Source: Macrostomum lignano (taxonomy: Eukaryota). Taken from it: a DNA stretch of 64,000 bases. Shown here one piece after another: positions 52,487-64,000 of this stretch. The notes under the pieces were generated by a model that was not told where the DNA came from, ran no database searches, and saw only the letters and a program-made list of their open reading frames with translations. Every line of letters starts with the position of its first letter. The stretch's first letter is position 1. Where the stretch lies: assembly GCA_002269645.1 (NCBI GenBank), contig NIVC01002394.1:1-64000 (forward strand), read 5' to 3'. The translations under genes and the position numbers were made by a program.

Positions 52487-52510
52487 GTCTGTCTATCTAT
52501 CTATCTATCC

Positions 52511-52549
<39 letters not shown>

Positions 52550-52550
52550 C

Positions 52551-52602
<52 letters not shown>

Positions 52603-52603
52603 G

Positions 52604-52638
<35 letters not shown>

Positions 52639-52639
52639 G

Positions 52640-52703
<64 letters not shown>

Positions 52704-52740
52704 CTATCTATCTATTCATCTATCTATCTATCTATCTATT
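52418..52740. repeat. (TCTA)n microsatellite
   Basis: Direct reading. Confidence 0.96.
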
Positions 52741-52756
52741 GAGCATCTACATGTAT

Positions 52757-53072
52757 TCAGCTCTGGCCGCCCCCTCCGCCGTCCTCGAAGTACTCCGGAC
52801 CGACGTTGCACTCCTGCTGTCTCCAGGCGGCCACCTTGTAGGAGTTGTGCTTCACGGCCCTCCTGCTCACTGACCGGTTGTCCGCGTCAACCGAAGTGCC
52901 CACCGCGGCCGAGCGAACTCGGCTTCGCGTCATCGAGCGGCTGGCTGTTGGGGCGCTCTGGAAACTGCGGCCGCCGTTCTCCGCCCCGGCGCCTCCGCCG
53001 CCACCGCTGCTGCCGCCGCCGCCACCCAGCGTTGCCGGCGTTGCAGTCATTGAAGCGTCCAGTGCGATGTAC
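52757..53072 (-). CDS. Orphan GC-rich terminal exon (Gly/Ser-rich), parent gene unresolved
   Basis: Acceptor CCTCTTCGCAG|G, then an open frame [12 protein letters not shown]...[12 protein letters not shown]. Confidence 0.4.
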
Positions 53073-53380
53073 CTGCGAAGAGGCGAACAGAGGGAAGCCA
53101 CGCCTAAAGACACCCGTGCTTGCTGGGGGCAGAGCAGCTCAGCGAGGTAAACGCATCTGACTCTCTGACTCTCGACCCCAGGTTCGATTCTGTTCTGTCC
53201 TGTTCCCCCGAGGAACAGAGAGTGTGCATCATTCCTAACGATAAACAAAGTTAGGGACACTGTACCCCCTCTGTGTGAGCGTGTCAGGGGCCAGCGGAAT
53301 GGTCATGACTAGCTAGCTAAGCCCTGGCTATTATCCGTGAGCCATGCCTGAAACTACAAACTAAAACCATAATTAAAACT

Positions 53381-55828
53381 TCATGAAGGTGCCACTGCAA
53401 CAAGTGAGCCCTTAGCTCCAGCCTCCAACCGTTCATTGTCGCTGACAGCTCCGCCTCCTCCAACGTCCACGCCTGTCGCGTCTCCGCCGCCGCCGCCGCC
53501 GCCACCGCCGCACGGCAGCCTGACTGCCAACGTCAGCGACAGCAGGACGCCGAGCACAGCGAAGGCGCAGCAGGCAACGAAGGCGGGCAGGAAATTGCCG
53601 CCCAGGCTGTCGGTGACAATGGACAGCAGAGTTGGCGGCACCAGGCTGGCCAGGCTGAAGGCTAGGTTCATCAGCACCAGCCCAGCCGGCGTGTCAGCCG
53701 GGTTGGTCAGCCGGGCCACCAGAGTCGGCAGGGAGGTGATCACCAGGGACTCGCCGATGGCCGTGATCCCGGCAGCCAGGAACAGCACTGGCAGGCTGGC
53801 TGTCTGCAGGCCAGTCAGCAGGGTGAGCAGCCCCCACAGGAGCAGGGACTGGTTGATCGGCAGCGCGCACAGCAGGCGGCTCCGGATGCAGTCGGTGGCG
53901 GCGGCGAGTCCGACCAGGCAGCGGAGCAGCGCGTTGGAGAAGCCCCGCGCCATGTAGACGTAGGCAACCAAAGGCAGCTGCGCCTTGGAGAGCCGGGCCT
54001 TGGCGCACTCCATCAGCATCATCCAGGGGTAGAAAAGGCCAGAGTACAGGCACAGTACCGACAGGAATAGGGTCAGGTAGCGACGGTTTCTCAGCACCCT
54101 AGCGGTGAGCAGCTCTGTGAGCAGGGGTACCGGGGTTCGAACCCATTTCTGCAGCAGCAGGAAGTCGCGGTTGGCCCGCCAGAACTGCGTGTACACCAGC
54201 CCGGGCAGGGACAGGACCGCCAGCAGCAGAAAGGAGAACCGGACGCCGAGCTGAGCATTCAAGACGCTGACGCCGATGGACAGCAGGCCGGAGAACATGC
54301 CGCTACCGCTGGAGGTGATCCCGGCCGCGATGCTCATGCGGCGGTTGAAGTTGTGGCTCAGGATGGTCGCCTGCAGCGTGGTCTGCGGGATGGAGAAATG
54401 CGGGGCTTCTTCAACCTCGCCGTCTTCCCTCCCTGATCTTCCCAATCTCATCGAATATCTGCCATTATCTCCATTCTTCCCGCTTCTACATTTCTTCTTG
54501 TTCTCTGAACCATTGTTGTCCAGCTTCCCCCGCCCCAGATTCTTGAATGCCTCATCTCCTCTCAGATTCCCAGATGCCTCGTCACTCCTCTGATTCTGAG
54601 ATGCCTAATCTCTCCAAAGATTCCTAGATGCCTCATCTTCTTTCAGAATCCCAGGTGCCTCATCATCACTAAGATTCGATAAAGCCTCGTCATCCAGATT
54701 CTTCAATGCCTCATCACCCCATAGATTCCGCAAGGCTTTATCACACAGCTTCTCAATGCCTCATCACCCAGCTTCTCAATGCCTCACCAACCAGCTTCCC
54801 AATGCCTAACTCATCATCACACAGATTCCACAGAGCCTCATCACCCAGCTTCTCAATACCTCATCACCCAGCTTCTCAATACCTCATCACCCAGCTTCTC
54901 AATACCTCATCACCCAGCTTCTCAATGCCTCATCACCCAGCTTCTCAATGCCTCATCACCCAGCTTCTCAATGCCTCATCACCCAGCTTCTCAATGCCTC
55001 ACCAACCAGCTTCCCAATGCCTAGCTCATCATCACACAGATTCCACAGAGCCTCATCACCCAGCTTCTTAATGCCTCATCACCCAGCTTCCCAGGCCAAT
55101 GGTGACCTGAGACACTCTGATGAGCATGCCTTATCACTCAGCTTCCCAATGCGCCGTCTACCAAAAACAAAATTCCACATCGGCTTTATCATCCAGCTTC
55201 CCAATGCCTCATCACCCAGATTCCACATCGTATCCCACACCTGAATGGCCAGCCCCAAGCCGGCGGTGACGCTGAAGTGCATGAGCAGCAGGCCGCTGTG
55301 CCGCCTGAAGTCGGTGAGGGCGCTGAGGAACAGGCCCAACGCAGTCAGCAACGCGCCCATGAAAGCAAAGTCGGACAGTCGGCGAACCCGGTTGGAGTGC
55401 AGCAGAATGACGGGCGTGGTCAGGTACAGCAGGCAGTTGTGCACCGTGCCCACCGTGGTGAGCAGCGGCAGGCTCGGGCCCGCAGCCTCCGCACAGGCCG
55501 CTGCGGTGGTGGCATTCCGCCCGCAGCTGGTCGCGGCTGCCGAGGACACGTCGTCGACAATCCCGGATAGCAACAGGCCGTAGGCGAATCCCACGCCATT
55601 GGTGATGCCGTTGGAGATCCAAGTGCTGACCACAAGGAACCAGGCCGTGCCACCGTCCGGGACGATCCTGTCCAGGATGAAGCCGATCTCAGAGTCGCTA
55701 ATCGCCTGCACCGCGTTCCTCTTTTGCTCTTTGATCTCGTCCAGGTGGCATCTCTCCCAGGTGTCCAGGATGCCGATGGTTCGCTTCACGCGCGGGTCCA
55801 AGCGCTCCTCCTCGTCCAGGGTGTCCAT
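53381..55828 (-). CDS. MFS monocarboxylate transporter-like (SLC16), ~529 aa
   Basis: Exons 55828-55241 and 54382-53381 (phase 0). VPDGGTAW matches the SLC16 PDGGWGW motif, RRMSIAAGITSSGSG follows, and ~12 hydrophobic helices are present. Confidence 0.88.
54640..55230. repeat. Degenerate 23-bp minisatellite in the SLC16-like intron
   Basis: Unit CCTCATCACCCAGCTTCTCAATG. Confidence 0.88.
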
Positions 55829-56084
55829 GGCCGAGGGATGGAGACACCTGGCTTGAGCGCTTAATAGTTGACGTACTCAATTATTGATCTGGAAATCGGA
55901 AGTCAGAATAAAGCTTCTCCCAGTTTAATCTTCTATACTCAGATTAATGAGCTTTGGCCATAGAGAGACTGGCGCTTGAGCATTGCAACTCCCCCTTTCG
56001 TTGCCCCAACGTATTTTTGAGAATAACTGCTTATGAATAGCAGCTTCCTCGTCTCAGAAGTTGAACTCGATGGATTTAATGTGT

Positions 56085-56472
56085 CACCAGATACAAGTGA
56101 CCAGATACCAGTGACCAGATACCAGTGACCAGATACCAGTGACCAGATACCAGTGACCAGATACCAGTGACCAGATACCAGTGACCAGATACCAGTGACC
56201 ATATACCAGTGACCAGATACCAGTGACCAGATACCAGTGACCAGATACCAGTGACCAGATACCAGTGACCAGATACCAGTGACCAGATACCAGTGACCAT
56301 ATACCGGTGACCAGATACCAGTGACCAGATACCAGTGACCAGATACCAGTGACCAGATACCAGTGACCAGATACCAGTGACCATATACCATGTGACCATA
56401 TACCAGTGACCAGATACCAGTGACCAGATACCAGTGACCAGATACCAGTGACCAGATACCAGTGACCAGATA
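56085..56472. repeat. 14-bp minisatellite upstream of the SLC16-like gene
   Basis: Unit GTGACCAGATACCA. Confidence 0.95.
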
Positions 56473-57066
56473 GCACCAGTAACTAGGTACTTAGTGATCC
56501 GTGACTAGGTGTCAACTGTGCCCAATGTTATAGCACAGTGGATGAACTTCTATTGAAATACACATTTTACCTTGATCACAAGAAAGCAAAATAGCAAATC
56601 AAGAAAACGGCATTGCTATTTCTGAAGAAACAGCTCAGAGCCGACTTCTCAGCAACGCAGTCGCTAAATCGATCCATGATTCATTCTGGCCTACGCGGCG
56701 CTTGCGTAGATGCGCGATGACGCACGGGCTGAGCTCATTGACTGGCTAGGTACTACCTAGCTACCATTAACTAGCAACAATAAGCTCAGACCTTGAAGGC
56801 GGTTTCTCGAACGCCTAGTCTAAGAATAGACTCAAAGAGAAGCAACTTCACCTAAATTAGGCAACACGGGCCGCAGCTACAGTATATGACAATTTCAGTT
56901 TTCGCCTATGCTCGGGAATTCCCTCCCGACCCGCGGCGGCGCTGGAGCTAAAAATAGCCGGGATTCCCGCGACCGAGCCGACTTGAAGGTCATAAATAGA
57001 TGGGCCGTAGAGGCCGCATTTTGGATTCGTTTCAAGCATTGCAAGTTCGCAAATCAAGAGTTAATC

Positions 57067-57537
57067 ATGCATCGGTACTGCCTGGCTCTGCTTCTGCTGC
57101 TCCTGCAGCTGGCCCAGCTGCCCTTGGCTTCATCATCGCTTCGGGCTCATCGCTCCCTGCTGCCCAACGGCTGCCCTCTGCCGCTGCCCTCCCTGGTCGG
57201 CTGCGATGACCGCCTCGCCGGTCGCGTCCACCTCCACAGCAAGGCGCCCTCGCCGATGCCACTCAACAACTCGACGACAAGTTCATCAGCCGAGATTCAC
57301 GAAGTCAGCGGCTGCAAGCTAGTGTCCGTACACCAAATCGAAGGTCGCCGGTGCCGCGGCGGCACCGTTTCGAAGGCCTGCTACGTCACGGAGGCCTGCG
57401 AGGATCCGCGGCGGTGCCGGGAGGTGCCCGAGCCGCGGCGCCAACTGGCTGAAGTATTTCTCGGGCCCTGTCTGGGCGAGTTCGCCTACCAGTGGGTGCC
57501 GGTGACCGCCAGCCGCTGCCTGCCAGTCCGGCATTAG
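57067..57537 (+). CDS. Small secreted Cys-rich protein (156 aa), divergent cystine-knot-like
   Basis: ATG at 57067, Leu-rich signal peptide MHRYCLALLLLLLQLAQLPLASS, and a C-terminal 7-Cys domain. Confidence 0.72.
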   Translation: MHRYCLALLLLLLQLAQLPLASSSLRAHRSLLPNGCPLPLPSLVGCDDRLAGRVHLHSKAPSPMPLNNSTTSSSAEIHEVSGCKLVSVHQIEGRRCRGGTVSKACYVTEACEDPRRCREVPEPRRQLAEVFLGPCLGEFAYQWVPVTASRCLPVRH

Positions 57538-58014
57538 TCACGTGACCCTAGCACGCCTATTTCCGATTGTATACACTCCGTTTTATTCCTATTTCAATTT
57601 TATTCCAGAATTGTTAAACTTCGTTTATTTCTACTTACAAGTAGGGTTGCTGAGATATTTTCCTCCAAAAAAATAAAAAACATTAAAAGCGAGGCTCTGC
57701 ATGTGCAGGCGAAATCCTGGTCTCCGTCTGTCTTGCCTAAACGCACAGAACCTAGAAAAGAACTTGGAGAGAAGAAAAACATCAGAAAAAAGTCCTAGAA
57801 AAGTTCCCAGGCCTGTCATGATCGGAGTGTAACGATATGGGCCAGATGTTTCGTTTCGTGTGATAAGCAGTATTTAGAAGCGTTATGGTTGGTCTGGCTT
57901 GGTTAATTGGAAGCCGTGAAGCGGCAGTCATAAATGAACTATTATATACGTGTTGCAGATTTTATAGACAGACAGGCAGACAGACAGACAGGCTAATGTA
58001 AGCTAGTATTGTTG

Positions 58015-58702
58015 GACTGTGGGTCACTCATTGCCCCATACTGACTGGCTGTGGGTCGCTCATTGCCTCATACTGACTGACTGTGGGTCACTCATTGCCT
58101 CATACTGACTGACTGTGGGTCACTCATTGCCTCATACTGACTGACTGTGGGTCACTCAATGCCTCATACTGACTGACTGTGGGTCACTCATTGCCTCATA
58201 CTGACTGACTGACTGTGGGTCACTCATTGCCTCATACTGACTGACTGTGGGTCACTCATTGCCTCATACTGACTGACTGACTGTGGGTCACTCAATGCCT
58301 CATACTGACTGACTGTGGGTCACTCATTGCCTCATACTGACTGACTGTGGGTCACTCAATGCCTCATACTGACTGACTGTGGGTCACTCATTGCCTCATA
58401 CTGACTGACTGACTGTGGGTCACTCATTGCCTCATACTGACTGACTGTGGGTCACTCATTGCCTCATACTGACTGACTGACTGTGGGTCACTCAATGCCT
58501 CATACTGACTGACTGTGGGTCACTCATTGCCTCATACTGACTGACTGTGGGTCACTCAATGCCTCATACTGACTGACTGTGGGTCACTCATTGCCTCATA
58601 CTGACTGACTGACTGTGGGTCACTCATTGCCTCATACTGACTGACTGTGGGTCACTCATTGCCTCATACTGACTGACTGACTGTGGGTCACTCATTGCCT
58701 CA
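58015..58702. repeat. 32/36-bp minisatellite
   Basis: Unit CTGTGGGTCACTCATTGCCTCATACTGACTGA(+CTGA). Confidence 0.95.
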
Positions 58703-59176
58703 CACAGACTGGAAGAATGATCATGAAAAGCAATATCAACCCCACCATCTTTTAGCGAGTGAATTTAAGCAAATCTCATTGCACAGATTCAAGGCTAAAT
58801 GTTTAAACTTTGCTGGGCAGGTAAACAAACAATACGAATAGTTAATCCTTTAGCCTGCCAGTGTTAAAATACATCTAAGCGGCAACTGCTAGGCAAGTAT
58901 GAGTGGGTGCTGGCACTGCTGCGAAACTGACTGTGCCAAATGCCTTCCATATTTGTGCATCTGCACTGGCGGTAACGCCTCGAAATTCAAACAAAATACG
59001 CACTCGGGCTTAGCGAGATGAGGCGCCCAGCATCATTTTTGCACTGCCGTTTGGCCGGAAGCTCATAGCAGCCTTATGCTTATCATGCTTAGCTGAGTGA
59101 AATTCGGGCTGCCATGCAGCTCTGATTTCCTGCGTTTTACTGGCAAATTGGGCGGACAGAGTTCACTGTAATAATG

Positions 59177-60067
<891 letters not shown>

Positions 60068-60539
60068 GCATGTACCTCTCCGCAGTATCGTAAAAGTAAA
60101 AGGTTCAGTGCATCAGTACTGAGGGATTTTATGCATCAGATAGCGGTAAAATCTGCGGCAAGATAAACTGTTGGAAATCAAAACCGATCCGCACTGAGCG
60201 CAGCCTGAAGACTTCAGCCTGCATGCTGACTGCTGTCCCAGTTAAAGTCCCAAGCCGGCCATGTTGACAGCTGCCGCACAAATCTGGCTGACAGGGATAA
60301 AATGAGGCCAATTGGCATTTACAGCCAGTGACCGGGAAAAACTTTGCCTAACGGTGGAACCACTGCGAAAGGGGTCTGACGACACGACGGGTGAAGACAC
60401 TTAGAGGGAAGCGAAATGACTGGCAGTCACTCCAGTCTGAAGATGGGGAGGCCGATACAGTCAGGTAAGGAACAGGGCGGGCAGGAAAAAGATCGAAAAA
60501 GTTTTTGAGGCAGGAAGGCACTACTAGAAAGAGAGTCAT

Positions 60540-62148
60540 GCAGAGATAGCTAGAGAGTCAGACAGAGATAGCTAGAGAGTCAGACAGAGATTGCTTGAGA
60601 GTCAGACAGAGATTGCTAGAGAGTCAGACAGAGATTGCTTGAAAGTCAGACAGAGATTGCTTGAGAGTCAGACAGAGATTGCTTGAGAGTCAGACAGAGA
60701 TTGCTTGAGAGTCAGACAGAGATTGCTTGAGAGTCAGACAGAGATTGCTAGAGAGTCAGACAGAGATTGATAGAGAGTCAGGTACAGATTGCTAGAGTCA
60801 GGTACAGATTGCTAGAGTCAGGTACAGATTGCTAGAGAGTCAGACAGAGATTGCTAGAGAGTCAGGTACAGATTGCTAGAGTCAGGTACAGATTGCTTGA
60901 GAGTCAGACAGAGATTGCTAGAGAGTCAGACAGAGATTGCTAGAGAGTCAGGTACAGATTGCTAGAGTCAGGTACAGATTGCTTAAGAGTCAGGTACAGA
61001 TTGCTTGAGAGTCAGACAGAGATCACATGAGAGTCAGACAGAGATAGCTAGAGAGTCAGGTACAGATTGCTAGAGAGTCAGCCAGAGATCACTTGAGAGT
61101 CAGACAGAGATCACTTGAGAGTCAGACAGAGATCACATGAGAGTCAGACAGAGATTGTTAGAGAGTCAGGTACAGATTGCTAGAGAGTCAGACAGAGATC
61201 ACTTGAGAGTCAGACAGAGATTGCTTGAGAGTCAGACAGAGATTGCTAGAGAGTCAGACAGAGATTGATAGAGAGTCAGGTACAGATTGCTAGAGTCAGG
61301 TACAGATTGCTAGAGTCAGGTACAGATTGCTAGAGAGTCAGACAGAGATTGCTAGAGAGTCAGCCAGAGATCACTTGAGAGTCAGACAGAGATCACTTGA
61401 GAGTCAGACAGAGATTGCTAGAGAGTCAGGTACAGATTGCTAGAGAGTCAGACAGAGATCACTTGAGAGTCAGACAGAGATTGCTTGAGAGTCAGACAGA
61501 GATTGCTAGAGAGTCAGACAGAGATTGATAGAGAGTCAGGTACAGATTGCTAGAGTCAGGTACAGATTGCTAGAGTCAGGTACAGATTGCTAGAGTCAGG
61601 TACAGATTGCTAGAGAGTCAGACAGAGATTGCTAGAGAGTCAGCCAGAGATCACTTGAGAGTCAGCCAGAGATCACTTGAGAGTCAGCCAGAGATCACTT
61701 GAGAGTCAGACAGAGATCACTTGAGAGTCAGACAGAGATTGCTAGAGAGTCAGGTACAGATTGCTAGAGAGTCAGACAGAGATTGCTAGAGAGTCAGACA
61801 GAGATAGCTAGAGAGTCAGGTGCAGATTGCTAGAGAGTCAGACAGAGATCACTTGAGAGTCAGACAGAGATCACTTGAGAGTCAGACAGAGATTGCTAGA
61901 GAGTCAGGTACAGATTGCTAGAGAGTCAGACAGAGATTGCTAGAGAGTCAGACAGAGATAGCTAGAGAGTCAGGTACAGATTGCTAGAGAGTCAGACAGA
62001 GATCACTTGAGAGTCAGACAGAGATCACTTGAGAGTCAGACAGAGATTGCTAGAGAGTCAGGTACAGATTGCTAGAGAGTCAGACAGAGATCACTTGAGA
62101 GTCAGACAGAGATCACTTGAGAGTCAGACAGAGATTGCTAGAGAGTCA
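60540..62148. repeat. 22/20-bp minisatellite
   Basis: Units GAGAGTCAGACAGAGATTGCTA and GAGTCAGGTACAGATTGCTA. Confidence 0.95.
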
Positions 62149-62605
62149 GCTGGGGACTATTCTTGATCTAGTAAAGAGGATATTGTTATTTTTAAAAGCT
62201 GCGTCATTTCCACTGTGCACGCACACTCCGCGGGGGGGGCGAACCGCAGGGTCCCCAGCCCCCCTCCCTAAACCCCCGGCGCCCGTGCTAAATGAACAGC
62301 AGTGTATATTTTCACTGGCTGTGTGAGCGCGGCCTTCAACCGCACACAGGAAGGGCACAGGAGGGGTTGGCGCTGACCAAGTACTCGCTCATTGGCTCCA
62401 AGCTGTACTCGCCCGCCGGGCAGTGCAGTAAGTATTTCCGAACAGGCTTCCAGGCTAGATAAAGCGCACTCTTTTAAATGCAACCCAAATTTTTCCGCCA
62501 GCCTTCAATAAGTCAGGGGCAGTGCAGTTGAAAAATTATTTTTAAAAACACACAGTCACGAAACTTACAGCCGCCCGCAGCACCGATGCCACACAAGCTG
62601 GGACA

Positions 62606-64000
62606 ATGCTACTGGCCAATGCGATGACGCCACTGCTGCTGCTCCTGTTGATTCTGCCAGCCAGAGCTACGGACCTGAAGATATGCAAGTCTGTCGAGCT
62701 CACACAGGGCAACTTTGAGCAGCATAGAAACACTGGCAGGCTGTACAGGGAGCTCAAAGCCCGGGTCAGCAACTGCCAGTACATACACGGCGACCTCACC
62801 ATCAAGAACATCGGCGTGAACCTCATGAACGAGGCACTGCTGCTGGACACGGAGGTGCGCAACATGAGCACCGACTTTCTGGACTCCATCGAGGAGATCA
62901 GCGGCCGCCTGCTCGTGTTCCGCGTCAACCTTCGCGTGCTCCGCCTGGCCAGTCTCAGGGCTATCCGCGGCTACAACCAGTTGGGCGAGTCGCCCTACTA
63001 CCCGCTAGAGATTCGCCAGTCGCCCTATCCCATGCAGCTGCAGCTGCCCAGCCTCGGCGCCATCCTGCAGGGCTCTGTGCTGCTCAGCGGCGAGCTGCAC
63101 GAGATTCTCTACTGCCACCTGACCCGCAGCGTCGCCTGGAACGAGCTGTTTAAATCGGCCAGCCAGAGACTGCAGGACCGCGTCACCGCGGTGGCTCCAG
63201 TGGGGAACTACAGCTCTGAGGTCCGGTTGAACACGTCCGATGCCTGTCTGTCGGGCGATCCGCAGCTGAACTGCCACGGAAGCTGCAAACTGGACGTCGA
63301 CAGAGGCCAACGCATCTGCTGGTCTGCCGGGCCCAACGGCTGTCAAAGCTCCAGTCGGTGCAGCAGCGACCACAGCGGCTGCGGCTCCTGCTTCCAGGAT
63401 GCTGGCAGGGAGGCCTGCTGCGACAGCTACTGCCTCGGCGGCTGCAGCTCACGTGGACGCAGCGCCTGCTTCTCCTGCCGAGACGTCAGCCGCGATGGCA
63501 AGTGCGAAAACGCCTGCCCGACGGACTACGACCCGGGCAAGGGCGTCATCGTGAGCCGCAACGACAGCACCCTGCAGGTTGGCAACATCTGCGTCCGGAC
63601 CTGCCCGCCCGGCTTCCAAGAGAGCTCGGACAGCCGGTTCTGCCTGTCCGAGTGTCCGGTCCAGGTGCCCGGAGACGATCGGCGACGCGGCGAATTGCCA
63701 GTCAACGGAATCTGCCGGCCCTGCGAGCGAGCAGCCGACTGCAGAGCCTGCCGTCTGTCGGCGGCGATCTTTACGGACGCCGAGGCTGACCGCCTGCGGG
63801 CTGACGGCTGTCCCGTCTGGCAGGCCTCCGAGCTGCAGCCGATGCTGGACGTCGACCCTCAGAGGCTCAGCAACGCAAGCCTGCAAGTTCTCGGTCAGCT
63901 GCGCTACCTGTACGGTAACTTTGTGGTGAAGAGAGTCAAGGGCAGCCTGGACTTCCTGACCAACCTCACCTTTGTATCGGGCAACCTGGGCCTCATGATG
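62606..64000 (+). CDS. EGFR/ErbB-family receptor ectodomain (signal peptide, L1, furin-like Cys-rich, start of L2); partial, runs off the window
   Basis: 465 open codons translated by hand: NCQYIHGDLTI, FLDSIEEISGRLLVF...LASLRAIRG, CWSAGPNGCQ, CCDSYCLGGC, CFSCRD...CENACP, CVRTCP. It is absent from the ORF track because no stop falls in the window. Confidence 0.88.
   Translation, partial: MLLANAMTPLLLLLLILPARATDLKICKSVELTQGNFEQHRNTGRLYRELKARVSNCQYIHGDLTIKNIGVNLMNEALLLDTEVRNMSTDFLDSIEEISGRLLVFRVNLRVLRLASLRAIRGYNQLGESPYYPLEIRQSPYPMQLQLPSLGAILQGSVLLSGELHEILYCHLTRSVAWNELFKSASQRLQDRVTAVAPVGNYSSEVRLNTSDACLSGDPQLNCHGSCKLDVDRGQRICWSAGPNGCQSSSRCSSDHSGCGSCFQDAGREACCDSYCLGGCSSRGRSACFSCRDVSRDGKCENACPTDYDPGKGVIVSRNDSTLQVGNICVRTCPPGFQESSDSRFCLSECPVQVPGDDRRRGELPVNGICRPCERAADCRACRLSAAIFTDAEADRLRADGCPVWQASELQPMLDVDPQRLSNASLQVLGQLRYLYGNFVVKRVKGSLDFLTNLTFVSGNLGLMM

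Noticed and set aside
62542-63886. Minus-strand and alternative-frame ORFs over the last 1.5 kb
   Set aside because: Shadows of the GC-rich EGFR-like coding frame; the same applies to antisense ORFs over spondin, TTLL, RPL18A and SLC16.

Overview
Eukaryotic (metazoan) genomic DNA. Short GC/CpG-rich exons sit among AT-rich DNA, about 19 distinct minisatellite families and long (TGTC)n/(GATA)n tracts. This architecture suggests a flatworm such as Macrostomum, but that is inference and was not verified. Exon chains were built by hand from GT/AG sites and phase compatibility. Genes supported: a ZDHHC3/7-like palmitoyltransferase (-) head-to-head with an acyl-protein thioesterase (+), a TSR-less spondin-1-like gene, an unknown low-complexity gene, an acidic-repeat protein, profilin, TTLL10-like, RPL37, a phospholipid scramblase with intronless RPL18A nested antisense in an intron, an SLC16/MCT-like transporter, a small secreted cystine-knot-like protein, and the 5' part of an EGFR-family receptor. 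Mobile DNA: a decayed Crypton-type tyrosine recombinase, a 1.1-kb LTR/TRIM element, mariner relics and MITEs, and two tRNA-derived SINEs (one CORE-type). The most notable observations are the palmitoylation writer/eraser pair, minisatellites carrying or seeded at splice signals, a 14-copy CCAAT/GTCACGTGAC/GC-box array upstream of profilin, and kilobase CpG-free patches. Most ORFs in the supplied track are repeat or antisense artefacts.
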